A DNA stretch of 54,993 bases from a virus (Duplodnaviria > Heunggongvirae > Uroviricota > Caudoviricetes). Of the stretch, positions 23,621 through 31,100 are shown piece after piece. The position numbers and the translations under genes were made by a program. The stretch is from the IMG/VR virus record IMGVR_UViG_2923302340_000009, positions 1 to 54,993 of that record. One strand, written 5' to 3'. Position 1 is the first letter of the stretch, and every line of letters begins with the position of its first letter. A model generated the notes under the pieces. It made no database searches. It had not been told where the DNA came from and saw only the letters and a list, made by a program, of their open reading frames with translations.

Positions 23621-23769
23621 GAATCAATGGGTTAGTCTTACTTTCCCGACATCCCCCAATGGGGGTTTTCGAAACAATCAATAGCTTAGGCTTACTTCCC
23701 CGATTTCCTGCATTGCAGGTTTTCGAAATAATCAATGGGTTAGGCCATCGTGCAATTTTGCACTTTGCC
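23621..23769 (+). repeat. tandem units (54, 54 and ~41 bp), each an AATCAATRGSTTAG box plus a short GC hairpin and T-run
   Basis: Unit A (23621-23674) and unit B (23675-23728) are 42/54 identical. The hairpin cccccaatggggg in A becomes cctgcattgcagg in B through paired substitutions. The third unit carries gtgcaattttgcac. Confidence 0.75.
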
Positions 23770-23954
23770 AGCCAGCGCAATGTCGCGTTATCAGTCCTCA
23801 GATGTGAGGGATGTAGCCAGCTTTTCCCCCAGTGGGGGATATCCAGCACCGACGGCTTAACTGTGCGTGCCAGCACAAGGTAGCCTTGAACTACTTACTG
23901 CATCCCATCTTACAGGCCGTGCCTTCCTGCTTAACTTTTTGCAATGCAACAAGT

Positions 23955-23978
23955 CAGCCAGCGCAATTTTGCGTTATC
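23955..23978 (+). repeat. 24-bp direct repeat cagccagcgcaatNtNgcgttatc (second copy)
   Basis: The first copy lies at 23769-23792 and matches 22/24. It contains the small palindrome cgcaa-tt-ttgcg. Confidence 0.7.
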
Positions 23979-23993
23979 GGGAATATCAGCAAG

Positions 23994-24275
23994 TTACCGC
24001 CGCAATCGTTCCGGCTTCTTCCACTGGTAAGTATTTTTCGCGCTCTCCCTCCGTTGTTGAGAAAGGCGACGATATGCCAGCAACTCAAGGACTCTTGTTC
24101 GTATGTTGCGCATATCCACGCCGTTAAGCTCAATACCGTCACGGCGCATCACCTCAGCCACTACACGCACATAATTATCTGCGGTCACGCTGTCCGGCTG
24201 CGTGGCCTGTTCGTCATGCTGCTTGCTGATTCCACAAGCACGGCGGATTAATCGCAGTATTTCGGATTCAGTCAT
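23994..24275 (-). CDS. hypothetical basic protein downstream of the island small terminase
   Basis: 93-aa ORF, 12 nt after the terS-like stop. No family recognised. Confidence 0.5.
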   Translation of the reverse strand: MTESEILRLIRRACGISKQHDEQATQPDSVTADNYVRVVAEVMRRDGIELNGVDMRNIRTRVLELLAYRRLSQQRRESAKNTYQWKKPERLRR

Positions 24276-24286
24276 AGCGTACTACG

Positions 24287-24829
24287 TTACTTATCTTTAT
24301 TCGGCTGCAACTTATCCGGTACGTTTCCGGCAGTTTCCATCAGATAATCGGACAGCATCAGCGGTATGTTTTCGTCAAGTTTTGCGCATGCGTTACAGGC
24401 TCTGATAACTTCTTTTTTCAGTCCATCCAGCATAGACGGCTTCATGTCGGGAAACTTCCTTGTCATGGCAAGCGGCAGGCTGTCCATGATTGAAGAAATC
24501 TGACTCGCCAATTTTGAAAGCACGTATATACAAAACGCTGTATCAATAACGTCGCCGCGTTCGCGCTCGTTTTTAAGCTCCTGCGCCTCTGCCTGTGCTG
24601 TCAGCAATCTGATCCTGACTCGTAGGAGTTCATCATCATCAATCTCGCCTTTGTCGTCTGTAATCTGGTTAATTGCATTGCTAACCCGATTGTCTATTAC
24701 GCTGGCAACATCATAAAACGCCTCGCGGCCTTTACGTTCAACGGGAGTCACTCCCCACTTGTCGAACGCTGTCGCACTTACACGGCAGCTTTGCGCCATG
24801 TTTTTTTTGTTCATCAGGTGCGATTTCAT
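24287..24829 (-). CDS. small terminase subunit, Nu1-like (island-encoded)
   Basis: The C-terminal half (AQAEAQELKNERERGDVIDTAFCIYVLSKLASQISSIMDSLPLAMTRKFP...) aligns with Nu1 in this same window (AQADAQELKNARDSAEVVETAFCTFVLSRIAGEIASILDGIPLSVQRRFP...). The N-terminal wHTH part is diverged. The start at 24829 follows a GGGGA RBS; the ORF track starts at a GTG at 24841. Confidence 0.85.
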   Translation of the reverse strand: MKSHLMNKKNMAQSCRVSATAFDKWGVTPVERKGREAFYDVASVIDNRVSNAINQITDDKGEIDDDELLRVRIRLLTAQAEAQELKNERERGDVIDTAFCIYVLSKLASQISSIMDSLPLAMTRKFPDMKPSMLDGLKKEVIRACNACAKLDENIPLMLSDYLMETAGNVPDKLQPNKDK

Positions 24830-24841
24830 CAATATCCCCAC

Positions 24842-25030
24842 TTAAGTAATGTTTCAGGTTGGTGTATTGACTTTATCTTTTCCTTTTTATTCATAGAGAT
24901 AGAGCGAACAACAAAACCACCACCAGCACCCGAAAAAGGCTCATAAATAGCGAAAACCCGCGAGGTCGCCGCCCCGTAGCCTACCGGATCACCGGAAAGG
25001 ACCCGCCAGCCAGAGCGGGCCCTAATTTCA
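24842..25030 (-). promoter_or_regulatory. island cos site (cosQ-cosN-cosB); cosN 12-mer at 24963-24974
   Basis: Positions 24941-25012 are 64/72 identical to the prophage cos (37706-37777). cosN on the coding strand reads GGGCGGCGACCT, the canonical lambda cohesive end. The cosB side toward terS is unrelated to lambda. Confidence 0.85.
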
Positions 25031-25414
25031 TCAACCAATCAGCTTATAGCGACCATCCCGTGCATTGCGGCGTACACGCTCAATCTTGAGGCATAGCGCC
25101 GCATCTGGCTTTTTTGGGACAGGTACGCGGCAATATTCAGAAGCGCGAGGAATATTATTTATCCAGTCGATCACTTCACTTAAATACCAGGCCTTACGCC
25201 CTTCCGTAACCTGCACACGCTCCGGGAACTCTCCACTAGCCTCAAGGTTTAGCAGTGTACGACGACTCAGGGTTGTAATTTCCATCACCTGATTCATATC
25301 AACAAGGCGCTCGCTTAAACACATTTTGTCAGCGATAGCTTTTAATTCCTCTACAGCTGGATTCGGGTACATCATTTCGGCAATTGGCTTAAGGTCATTG
25401 TAATCATTCTGCAT
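25031..25414 (-). CDS. AlpA/MerR-type HTH protein (island late region)
   Basis: 127 aa. The central segment LVDMNQVMEITTLSRRTLLNLEASGEFPERVQVTEGRKAWYLSEVIDWI fits the AlpA-family HTH pattern. Confidence 0.65.
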   Translation of the reverse strand: MQNDYNDLKPIAEMMYPNPAVEELKAIADKMCLSERLVDMNQVMEITTLSRRTLLNLEASGEFPERVQVTEGRKAWYLSEVIDWINNIPRASEYCRVPVPKKPDAALCLKIERVRRNARDGRYKLIG

Positions 25415-25425
25415 TGTATCCCCCT

Positions 25426-25767
25426 TTACACACGAGCCAGCGGCTGAACAGAAATACCTGAGCCAACAAACGCTGCAACCTTTACTGACAGTTCTTTAAC
25501 AGACTCAGGCCAGTTCAGAGCATCAACATTTAAGACACCTGTCTTATAGACCTGAGCCTGTGTTTTTTTCGCGGTGTCGATTTGTACAGCGGAAACATAA
25601 ACCGCTTTACCTACGCTCGAACCATCCCATACCACCAGTGCACCTGTTGCATCTTCCTGCATCAGTGGCGTAAATGCAGGAATTACCCCTTTATTAGCTG
25701 AAAATATCCCCAGCGTAGTCACCAGTGCTTCAGTGCCAGCCATGAGTTCAGTGTAATGAGTAGCCAT
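25426..25767 (-). CDS. head decoration protein D homologue (island-encoded)
   Basis: 113 aa with a strong RBS. It shares the D pattern TPLM..D....LV.WDG....AV...YK.G......L.WPE......AF.G..ISV with the helper D at 20763-21095. Confidence 0.75.
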   Translation of the reverse strand: MATHYTELMAGTEALVTTLGIFSANKGVIPAFTPLMQEDATGALVVWDGSSVGKAVYVSAVQIDTAKKTQAQVYKTGVLNVDALNWPESVKELSVKVAAFVGSGISVQPLARV

Positions 25768-25776
25768 TGCTCCCCC

Positions 25777-26823
25777 TTAGCCAATGCGAACGGTAACAAA
25801 ACGATTGATGCGGGCCGGTATTGGCTGTGGTGCTGAATGTGTCTGCACATATTCAATAGCCGGATCACCAGGCACAATATAGTTTTTCGGTGCAAGTTCG
25901 GCTTTAGTCAGCCCCATTCGGATTAGCTCCGGATCCTGAATACCGCCATAGGCGACAATCCCCTGAAGAGCCGTATTGCCAAGCACCATCAAATCAGGAT
26001 CAAGGAAATGTTTTTCTGTTCCGTCCTCGTCGGTATAACGCCCGCTGTAAACAACAATCGCAACATCGCCCATATACCCTTTAAAACTCACCGAATCACC
26101 AAGGTCTTTAAGGGCCGTTTCCAGTTCGGAATTAGAACCACGACGGGTATCCAAAGCCTCTTTTATCGCTCTGAATGAACGGTATTTCTTCCATACATTA
26201 CCACCCATAATGATGATATTAGTGACGCCCTCACTAAATTCTGCGTAGCTCTCAATATCATCATTTGGATCAAAAGTTTCTTTATCCTTACCTGACCACT
26301 CAGTACCGCCAGACTGAGTGATGATATTTTGTGGTTTTATATTCCAGTCCAGCTCATAACGTTCAATACCATCGCCCTCAATGATATTTTTCCCCGTTGT
26401 GATTGCCTGAACAGCAAGCCATTCAATACGTGCACGAATAGCTTTAGCCTGATTTACAATCGCCTGTTTAACTTTAATATTACGCGCCCCAAAAGCATTG
26501 TATTGCTCAGGTGACACACCAGCAGGGCGCACAGCTAACTTATTTGGATCAATGCTGCTTTTCGGCTTCATATAACCTGGACGAATTGTTTTTGATTCGT
26601 ATCCCTCATCTCGTGAAACTTTACTGCCCACCATAGGAGAGCAAAACGCCGCGATCGGGATATTTGGATCGTCGATCGTATCAAGAATAATGTCTCTCGA
26701 TTCAAACATTACCGAGCGAGTGAAAAACAAACTGGTAAACAACGCATTTAATTTTTTTTGCACATCTTCAGCATTAGCCACCTGCACAAGCTGTGTAGGC
26801 GAATATAAATCAACCATACTCAT
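25777..26823 (-). CDS. major capsid protein E homologue (island-encoded)
   Basis: MSMVDLYSPTQL... compares with lambda MSMYTTAQLL. A long collinear similarity includes GGTEWSGKDKETFDPNDDIESYA...DTRRGSNSELETALKDLGDSVSFKGYMGDVAIVVYSG against the helper E. The start could be 26823 or 26817. Confidence 0.88.
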   Translation of the reverse strand: MSMVDLYSPTQLVQVANAEDVQKKLNALFTSLFFTRSVMFESRDIILDTIDDPNIPIAAFCSPMVGSKVSRDEGYESKTIRPGYMKPKSSIDPNKLAVRPAGVSPEQYNAFGARNIKVKQAIVNQAKAIRARIEWLAVQAITTGKNIIEGDGIERYELDWNIKPQNIITQSGGTEWSGKDKETFDPNDDIESYAEFSEGVTNIIIMGGNVWKKYRSFRAIKEALDTRRGSNSELETALKDLGDSVSFKGYMGDVAIVVYSGRYTDEDGTEKHFLDPDLMVLGNTALQGIVAYGGIQDPELIRMGLTKAELAPKNYIVPGDPAIEYVQTHSAPQPIPARINRFVTVRIG

Positions 26824-26988
26824 CCTCTTTACATTCATTACAAATAATTGTGAATATATTCTATTACCGATGTCTGCTATGCGAACACATGCAACCAAGT
26901 GCAATGTTGTATAAAATATGCCGTAACAACTTCAGTGCTGATAATTCGTGTTAATGTATTTACTTCCTTTGGTCGGGATTTATGTAGC

Positions 26989-27017
26989 ATGCCGGAAAAT
27001 CTATTTTTTTCCGGCAT
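26989..27017. other. 11-bp-arm hairpin (atgccggaaaa-N7-ttttccggcat) between the ssb and capsid genes
   Basis: Read directly. A T-rich run follows on the plus strand only, so its role as a terminator of the minus-strand operon is uncertain. Confidence 0.5.
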
Positions 27018-27034
27018 CTTTTTGTTTGCAGAAT

Positions 27035-27457
27035 TTAAAACGGTATATTATCGCCGTACGGATCATCATTCCCCGACTGTTGTTTTGCCCTGTTCAGTGC
27101 GTCAGTGGCCTGCCCCTGCTGGCCTTTTTTGCCGCCCGGTCGCGCCGTTCGCGCACTGATTACGCTGTCTGCGATAACCTGCCAGCCCCGCCGCGTTTCG
27201 CCGTTCTGGCCTGTCCACTGGCTTACCTGCATGTTACCCGCCACGCTCACCAGTTCGCCTTTGTGGTGTTTTGCCAGTGCGTCGGCCTGTCTGCCAAACG
27301 CCAGGACGGATAACCACATCGTCGCCGTTCCGTCATCTGCCTGGCTGCACGGCAGGGGAACCGCCATACTCGCCATCGCCATTTGTGTCCCTTTGCTGGT
27401 GGTCTTTAACTGCGGGTCAGCCACCAGCCGCCCGTAAGCCGCTATCTGTGCTGTCAT
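27035..27457 (-). CDS. ssb: single-stranded DNA-binding protein
   Basis: 140 aa with an OB-fold-like N-terminus, a Gly/Gln-rich linker and the acidic SSB tail ...DDPYGDNIPF. Confidence 0.8.
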   Translation of the reverse strand: MTAQIAAYGRLVADPQLKTTSKGTQMAMASMAVPLPCSQADDGTATMWLSVLAFGRQADALAKHHKGELVSVAGNMQVSQWTGQNGETRRGWQVIADSVISARTARPGGKKGQQGQATDALNRAKQQSGNDDPYGDNIPF

Positions 27458-27705
27458 GCTGTCTGCTCTCCGGTTTTAACATTGATGGTTGTCACCTGTT
27501 CCGCTTCGGCAATCTCCCGTTCTGTCAGCGTGGCAAAGTTTGCCGCTGCTGTGGTCATAAATGCGCTTATCAGGTCGGGATGTTCCTTCGCGTATCCTGC
27601 CCGTGTGTGGTGGTCTATCGCTTTGATTGCCACCTTTAAGGAAAGCTCTGTCATGTCTAACGCTTTATATTTTGCCTGTGTTCTGTCTCTGCGAATTTTG
27701 GTCAT
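27454..27705 (-). CDS. hypothetical protein
   Basis: The ORF overlaps the ssb start (ATGA). The likely start is MTKIRRDRTQAKYK at 27705; the tracked ORF extends to 27768. Confidence 0.5.
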   Translation of the reverse strand: MTKIRRDRTQAKYKALDMTELSLKVAIKAIDHHTRAGYAKEHPDLISAFMTTAAANFATLTEREIAEAEQVTTINVKTGEQTA

Positions 27706-27818
27706 TTGTCGCCCCTGATTCATGTTTTCGGCTGGCATGTTTGTTAAGTGATTTTTATGTATGCGCATTTATTTTCACCCCCCCTCGTTTAAAAAGTTTT
27801 TAGTTGTGCCTCCCCCCC

Positions 27819-28037
27819 TCTACCCATCTACCCGAATGCTCATCATGTCAGTAATGGCGCCGCTTTCAGCGGGTAGATAGCTTTTTTGACTCCTCTACCT
27901 GCCGTCTACCCTGCTACCTGAAACTGATAAAATCAGGTAGAAGAGGTAGAGAGCTTTTATTAGCCTTCTACCTAGCCCTATATCCACTTATCATGTTGAA
28001 TAATATGCATTTATTTCGTTCAGGTAGATGGGGTAGA
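27819..28037. repeat. island replication origin: at least 10 TCTACC/GGTAGA iterons flanking an AT-rich core
   Basis: tctacc occurs at 27819, 27827, 27894, 27905 and 27967. ggtaga occurs at 27872, 27936, 27945, 28023 and 28032. The AT-rich stretch at 27975-28020 lies immediately downstream of the primase-helicase gene. Confidence 0.8.
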
Positions 28038-28053
28038 TGGCTTTTACAAAAAA

Positions 28054-29808
28054 TTATAAAAACGCGTCGCAATCGTCTGTTGTAATTGCGTTGGTCTGCG
28101 TTACTCCCTTAACTTTTCGCGTAATATATTCATGCCCGTAAACTTTCGCCGCTGGCTTCATGGCCTTGCTGAACTCAGCCACGTTTAGCGGTTTGCTCCT
28201 GCCCGCGTATGCCATAAACGCCAGATAGACGCGGTAAAGGCTGTTCCTGGTCGTGTACTTCACTGAATCACCACCGCCACCCATCATCAGGCCGCGCGCT
28301 TCCTCCAGAAAATTCAGGAACTGGCAAAACTCAATAACCGGATCCGTCTGTTGCTTTATTGCCAGTGCTTCATCACCGTCACGCTGTTCCAGTAGTAAAG
28401 CCCGTGCCTTCTCAGGGTCGGTAAAGTTCGCCAGCAATCGGCGGATAATAACGGGGATTTCAGCCGCAATCTTTTCCGGTAGCTCCCTGTCTTTTTCGGC
28501 CTCACTGACGATATTGTCGAAACGGAAAATCACGCGACGACGTGCCACACCTCCGGCCCGTTCGGTGAATATCATCGGGTTGTTGTTGGTCGCCAGCACC
28601 ACCGCCCTGATTACCGCCGTGAAACGCTTTTCATATTTCGGGTTAATTTCCACGGGGTCGCCGCCTGTGATTTTCTTGATGCCCGTTCCTTCGCCTGTAT
28701 ATTTCGGCTGGTCAGCCAGGACGATAAGACGACTCCCGACAACCTGCGCACGTCCACCAGCATCATCAAGCGATGTCATTTCAGCGCTTACCGTGTTCTG
28801 TTTCCCTGCCAGAAGGCTGGCTATGTGTGTGAATGTACTTTTACCGCTCCCGCCGTCTCCGGTGGCCTCAATAAACATCTGCCAGTCGTACCGGTTCGCC
28901 ATAATCATGTACAGCGCGGCACATATACGCATCATCTTGCGCGGGTCTTTTCCGGCTGCGTGCTCAAGCCATTTATGAAAGTTTGGCGCGTTATCGCGGA
29001 TGTTCTCCCCTGGTGCTGGTGGCGTGTACTCAATGCCGTTGTGCGTGGTGATCCAGTTCTCCGGCGTGTGCGGGGAAAATTCCCCCGTTTTCAGGTCAAG
29101 CGCACCATTGGCGAACGGCAGCAAATCGCCAGACGGCTCGCCCATTGGTTCGGCAATAACTTTTAACGCTTCCACGGCGTTATTGATTACGCGCTTGCTG
29201 AAAGTGGCCCTGTGCTCTGAATAGATCGCCACCATTTCGCGGCTAAGTTCCATTGTGCTGACCGGACACCATACCCCGCCGCGCCATACGTGAACGATTT
29301 CACTTTCAGGATGTACGCAAACGCCATCAAAGCGATCGGCAAGCAACTGCGCGCGCTCACTGTCCGCCATCTGCGAAAGTTGCGCCTTTTGCTTTACCGG
29401 AAGCTCAATGACCAGACCATCAGAAAGATTCTGGCGTTCACGGGCCAGATATTCGCGCCAGGTCTGCACCTCCTGGCCGTGCATACCCTCAGGATAAAAA
29501 TTTGCATCCTGTACGCCTGCTGCCGCCAGCTTCTGACCAATCGCCTTTATCATTACAGGCGCAAGATATCCGGCCCTGTATATGCGTGCTGATTTTCGGC
29601 CTTCCGGCACAATTTGCAGATTATCCAGTTCGGATAGCTGCTGCTCCCCAAGCCACACAGGAGGCTCATTATCTCCGGCCATACGCGCATCATGTTCCTG
29701 CCATTGTTTCGCGTGTGCCCAGGCATCACTACCCGCAAAAATAATTACTTCTGTTCCTTTGTGTTTTATGCCGCGTGACTGCTGTTTTACGTTCGGTGCC
29801 AGTTTCAT
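28054..29808 (-). CDS. primase / SF3-helicase replication protein (P4-alpha / D5-like)
   Basis: 584 aa with a Walker A motif EATGDGGSGKSTF and a central phage/plasmid-primase-like region. It is adjacent to the iterons. Confidence 0.8.
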   Translation of the reverse strand: MKLAPNVKQQSRGIKHKGTEVIIFAGSDAWAHAKQWQEHDARMAGDNEPPVWLGEQQLSELDNLQIVPEGRKSARIYRAGYLAPVMIKAIGQKLAAAGVQDANFYPEGMHGQEVQTWREYLARERQNLSDGLVIELPVKQKAQLSQMADSERAQLLADRFDGVCVHPESEIVHVWRGGVWCPVSTMELSREMVAIYSEHRATFSKRVINNAVEALKVIAEPMGEPSGDLLPFANGALDLKTGEFSPHTPENWITTHNGIEYTPPAPGENIRDNAPNFHKWLEHAAGKDPRKMMRICAALYMIMANRYDWQMFIEATGDGGSGKSTFTHIASLLAGKQNTVSAEMTSLDDAGGRAQVVGSRLIVLADQPKYTGEGTGIKKITGGDPVEINPKYEKRFTAVIRAVVLATNNNPMIFTERAGGVARRRVIFRFDNIVSEAEKDRELPEKIAAEIPVIIRRLLANFTDPEKARALLLEQRDGDEALAIKQQTDPVIEFCQFLNFLEEARGLMMGGGGDSVKYTTRNSLYRVYLAFMAYAGRSKPLNVAEFSKAMKPAAKVYGHEYITRKVKGVTQTNAITTDDCDAFL

Positions 29809-30104
29809 TTTTTACCTCTGAATCCGTTAATCATGGTTTTCATTTTCTGGATATTTCCCCACGCTTTTTCCCTGCTGATGGGCTTACTGCGGGGTGCGGC
29901 ATATACCAGGGAAAAATCACGCCGGAACTGATAAACAGGCATCACGCAGTCATAGCTATACCCCTCACGGCGGTAAGTGATGCGCCGTTCTGCCACGCCT
30001 TTAATCGTTACCGTGCCGCCGTATTTATCGCGGTAAATATCGCCGTTCATAAATTCAGGTCGAGCGGGGCCGCTGGCAATAAAGCCAGAATTTTTCATTT
30101 CCAT
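29805..30104 (-). CDS. DUF4222-like small protein
   Basis: 99 aa. The motif GDIYRDKYGGTVTIKGVAERRITYRREGYSYDCVMPVYQFRRDF resembles DUF4222 proteins. Family recalled from memory. Confidence 0.5.
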   Translation of the reverse strand: MEMKNSGFIASGPARPEFMNGDIYRDKYGGTVTIKGVAERRITYRREGYSYDCVMPVYQFRRDFSLVYAAPRSKPISREKAWGNIQKMKTMINGFRGKK

Positions 30105-30121
30105 ATTATTTATTCCTCGAC

Positions 30122-30343
30122 TTAACTCGACTTATTTGATAGCAGGGCACTATTTATTGCGTCATTGAGTTTTTCTGCTGATTCATCAATAAGTGACAAC
30201 AGGCCATAAGCAATATTTGCATCTTCATTGTCATTTATGCAATCAAGCCACATATTTAATATTGCTTTTGCTGAATTATTTAAAGTTAATGAACTTTCTG
30301 CACATGCTAACAATTTAAAAAAGACTTCCCGTTCTGTATTCAT
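30122..30343 (-). CDS. hypothetical protein
   Basis: 73-aa ORF in the operon, low GC. Confidence 0.45.
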   Translation of the reverse strand: MNTEREVFFKLLACAESSLTLNNSAKAILNMWLDCINDNEDANIAYGLLSLIDESAEKLNDAINSALLSNKSS

Positions 30344-30535
30344 TTAATCCCCCACCAGCTTACTTTCTTCCTCAATCAAAAAACTAGCGACACTTCCCGA
30401 AAGACGCGCCAGTAGGCTCGCCAGTGCGGATATATCAGCATCTGTAATTTTGTTCGGGTATACCTCAAGAAGGCGGCAAATAATTTCTGTCTGGTGCGCA
30501 CGTTCAGCGGCTTCGTGTAATGTAATTTCCTGCAT
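30344..30535 (-). CDS. hypothetical protein
   Basis: 63-aa ORF abutting its neighbours, which suggests coupling. Confidence 0.45.
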   Translation of the reverse strand: MQEITLHEAAERAHQTEIICRLLEVYPNKITDADISALASLLARLSGSVASFLIEEESKLVGD

Positions 30536-30720
30536 TAATGCACCTCTTTTAATTCATACACTGCTGAAATAATGACTTGTGATAAGCCATATTCTGATGA
30601 TTCGCTTCTCACCGCAGCAATAGCCGTCTGAACATTAACAGCCTTCACATTCTGAGCGATACCAATTGTGTGGCCTATTGGGTTAACAGCTCGGGCAAAT
30701 ACACGGAAGGTTTTAAGCAT
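30535..30720 (-). CDS. hypothetical protein
   Basis: 61-aa ORF. Its start overlaps the stop of the upstream gene (ATGCTTAA). Confidence 0.45.
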   Translation of the reverse strand: MLKTFRVFARAVNPIGHTIGIAQNVKAVNVQTAIAAVRSESSEYGLSQVIISAVYELKEVH

Positions 30721-30910
30721 GACTCACTCCCTGGCGGATTTTTGCAGCGAATACAGCAACACAACCGGACGGGCAACGGCTACGCGCTTCGCGTTCCGTC
30801 CAGGCGGTTACGTGGATGATTTGAGATTCTCCGGCACTCAGTGCCAGAAAACGCCACACAAAGGCCGTTTGTGTGTGTACAAGGTGTGGTATATGATTTA
30901 CAGCAACCAT
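30713..30910 (-). CDS. Icd-like small protein (cell-division-inhibitor-like family of P1/P4-type elements)
   Basis: 65 aa, MVAVNHIPHLVHTQTAFVWRFLALSAGESQIIHVTAWTEREARSRCPSGCVAVFAAKIRQG, with an AGGAG RBS. It is the only credible part of the 356-aa tracked ORF. Family recalled from memory. Confidence 0.45.
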   Translation of the reverse strand: MVAVNHIPHLVHTQTAFVWRFLALSAGESQIIHVTAWTEREARSRCPSGCVAVFAAKIRQGVSHA

Positions 30911-30939
30911 AACGGCTCCTAGTTTACGTTGTTGGTTAG

Positions 30940-30973
30940 ACGCCCCGTATGTGTTCCCAGCACTGCGGGGCGT
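30940..30973. other. 8-bp-stem hairpin (acgccccg-N18-cggggcgt) in the leader of the island early operon
   Basis: Read directly. It lies between the operator repeats and the Icd-like start, so it is a candidate leader or antisense RNA element. Confidence 0.45.
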
Positions 30974-31001
30974 TGCTCTTTGTATTTCAACAATCCTTTC
31001 G

Positions 31002-31079
31002 GTGTGTTTCATGTTATGAGCGCATGAAACACACGTCAAGGCTTTTTGTATTTCTTTTTTTGTGTATACTGAAACACAC
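31002..31079. promoter_or_regulatory. operator-like repeats in the divergent control region
   Basis: A perfect 12-bp inverted repeat gtgtgtttcatg (31002-31013) / catgaaacacac (31023-31034) is present. A third half-site tgaaacacac lies at 31070-31079, just upstream of the RHH-like gene. Confidence 0.65.
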
Positions 31080-31100
31080 CGATGATTAGGAGTTTCAGAA

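Noticed and set aside
23621-23769. A possible CRISPR array or minisatellite
   Set aside because: There are only two and a half contiguous units, with no unique spacers between repeats and no cas genes.
23601-24251. Several 60-140-aa ORFs on both strands in the island's terminal non-coding region
   Set aside because: They overlap one another and are made of the tandem repeat and hairpin DNA (for example the repeated NPLI(I/L) peptides). They lack RBSs and have odd Trp/Cys-rich composition.
24829-25038. 69-aa ORF across the island cos, sharing the peptide GWRVLSGDP.GYGA...RVFAIYE with the 75-aa ORF at 37690-37917
   Set aside because: The shared peptide is simply the translation of the conserved cosQ-cosN DNA in both elements. 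There is no evidence for a gene.
26989-27017. Hairpin as the terminator of the island ssb operon
   Set aside because: The U-tract follows the stem only on the plus strand, opposite to ssb. It is reported as a hairpin of unknown role, not as the operon terminator.
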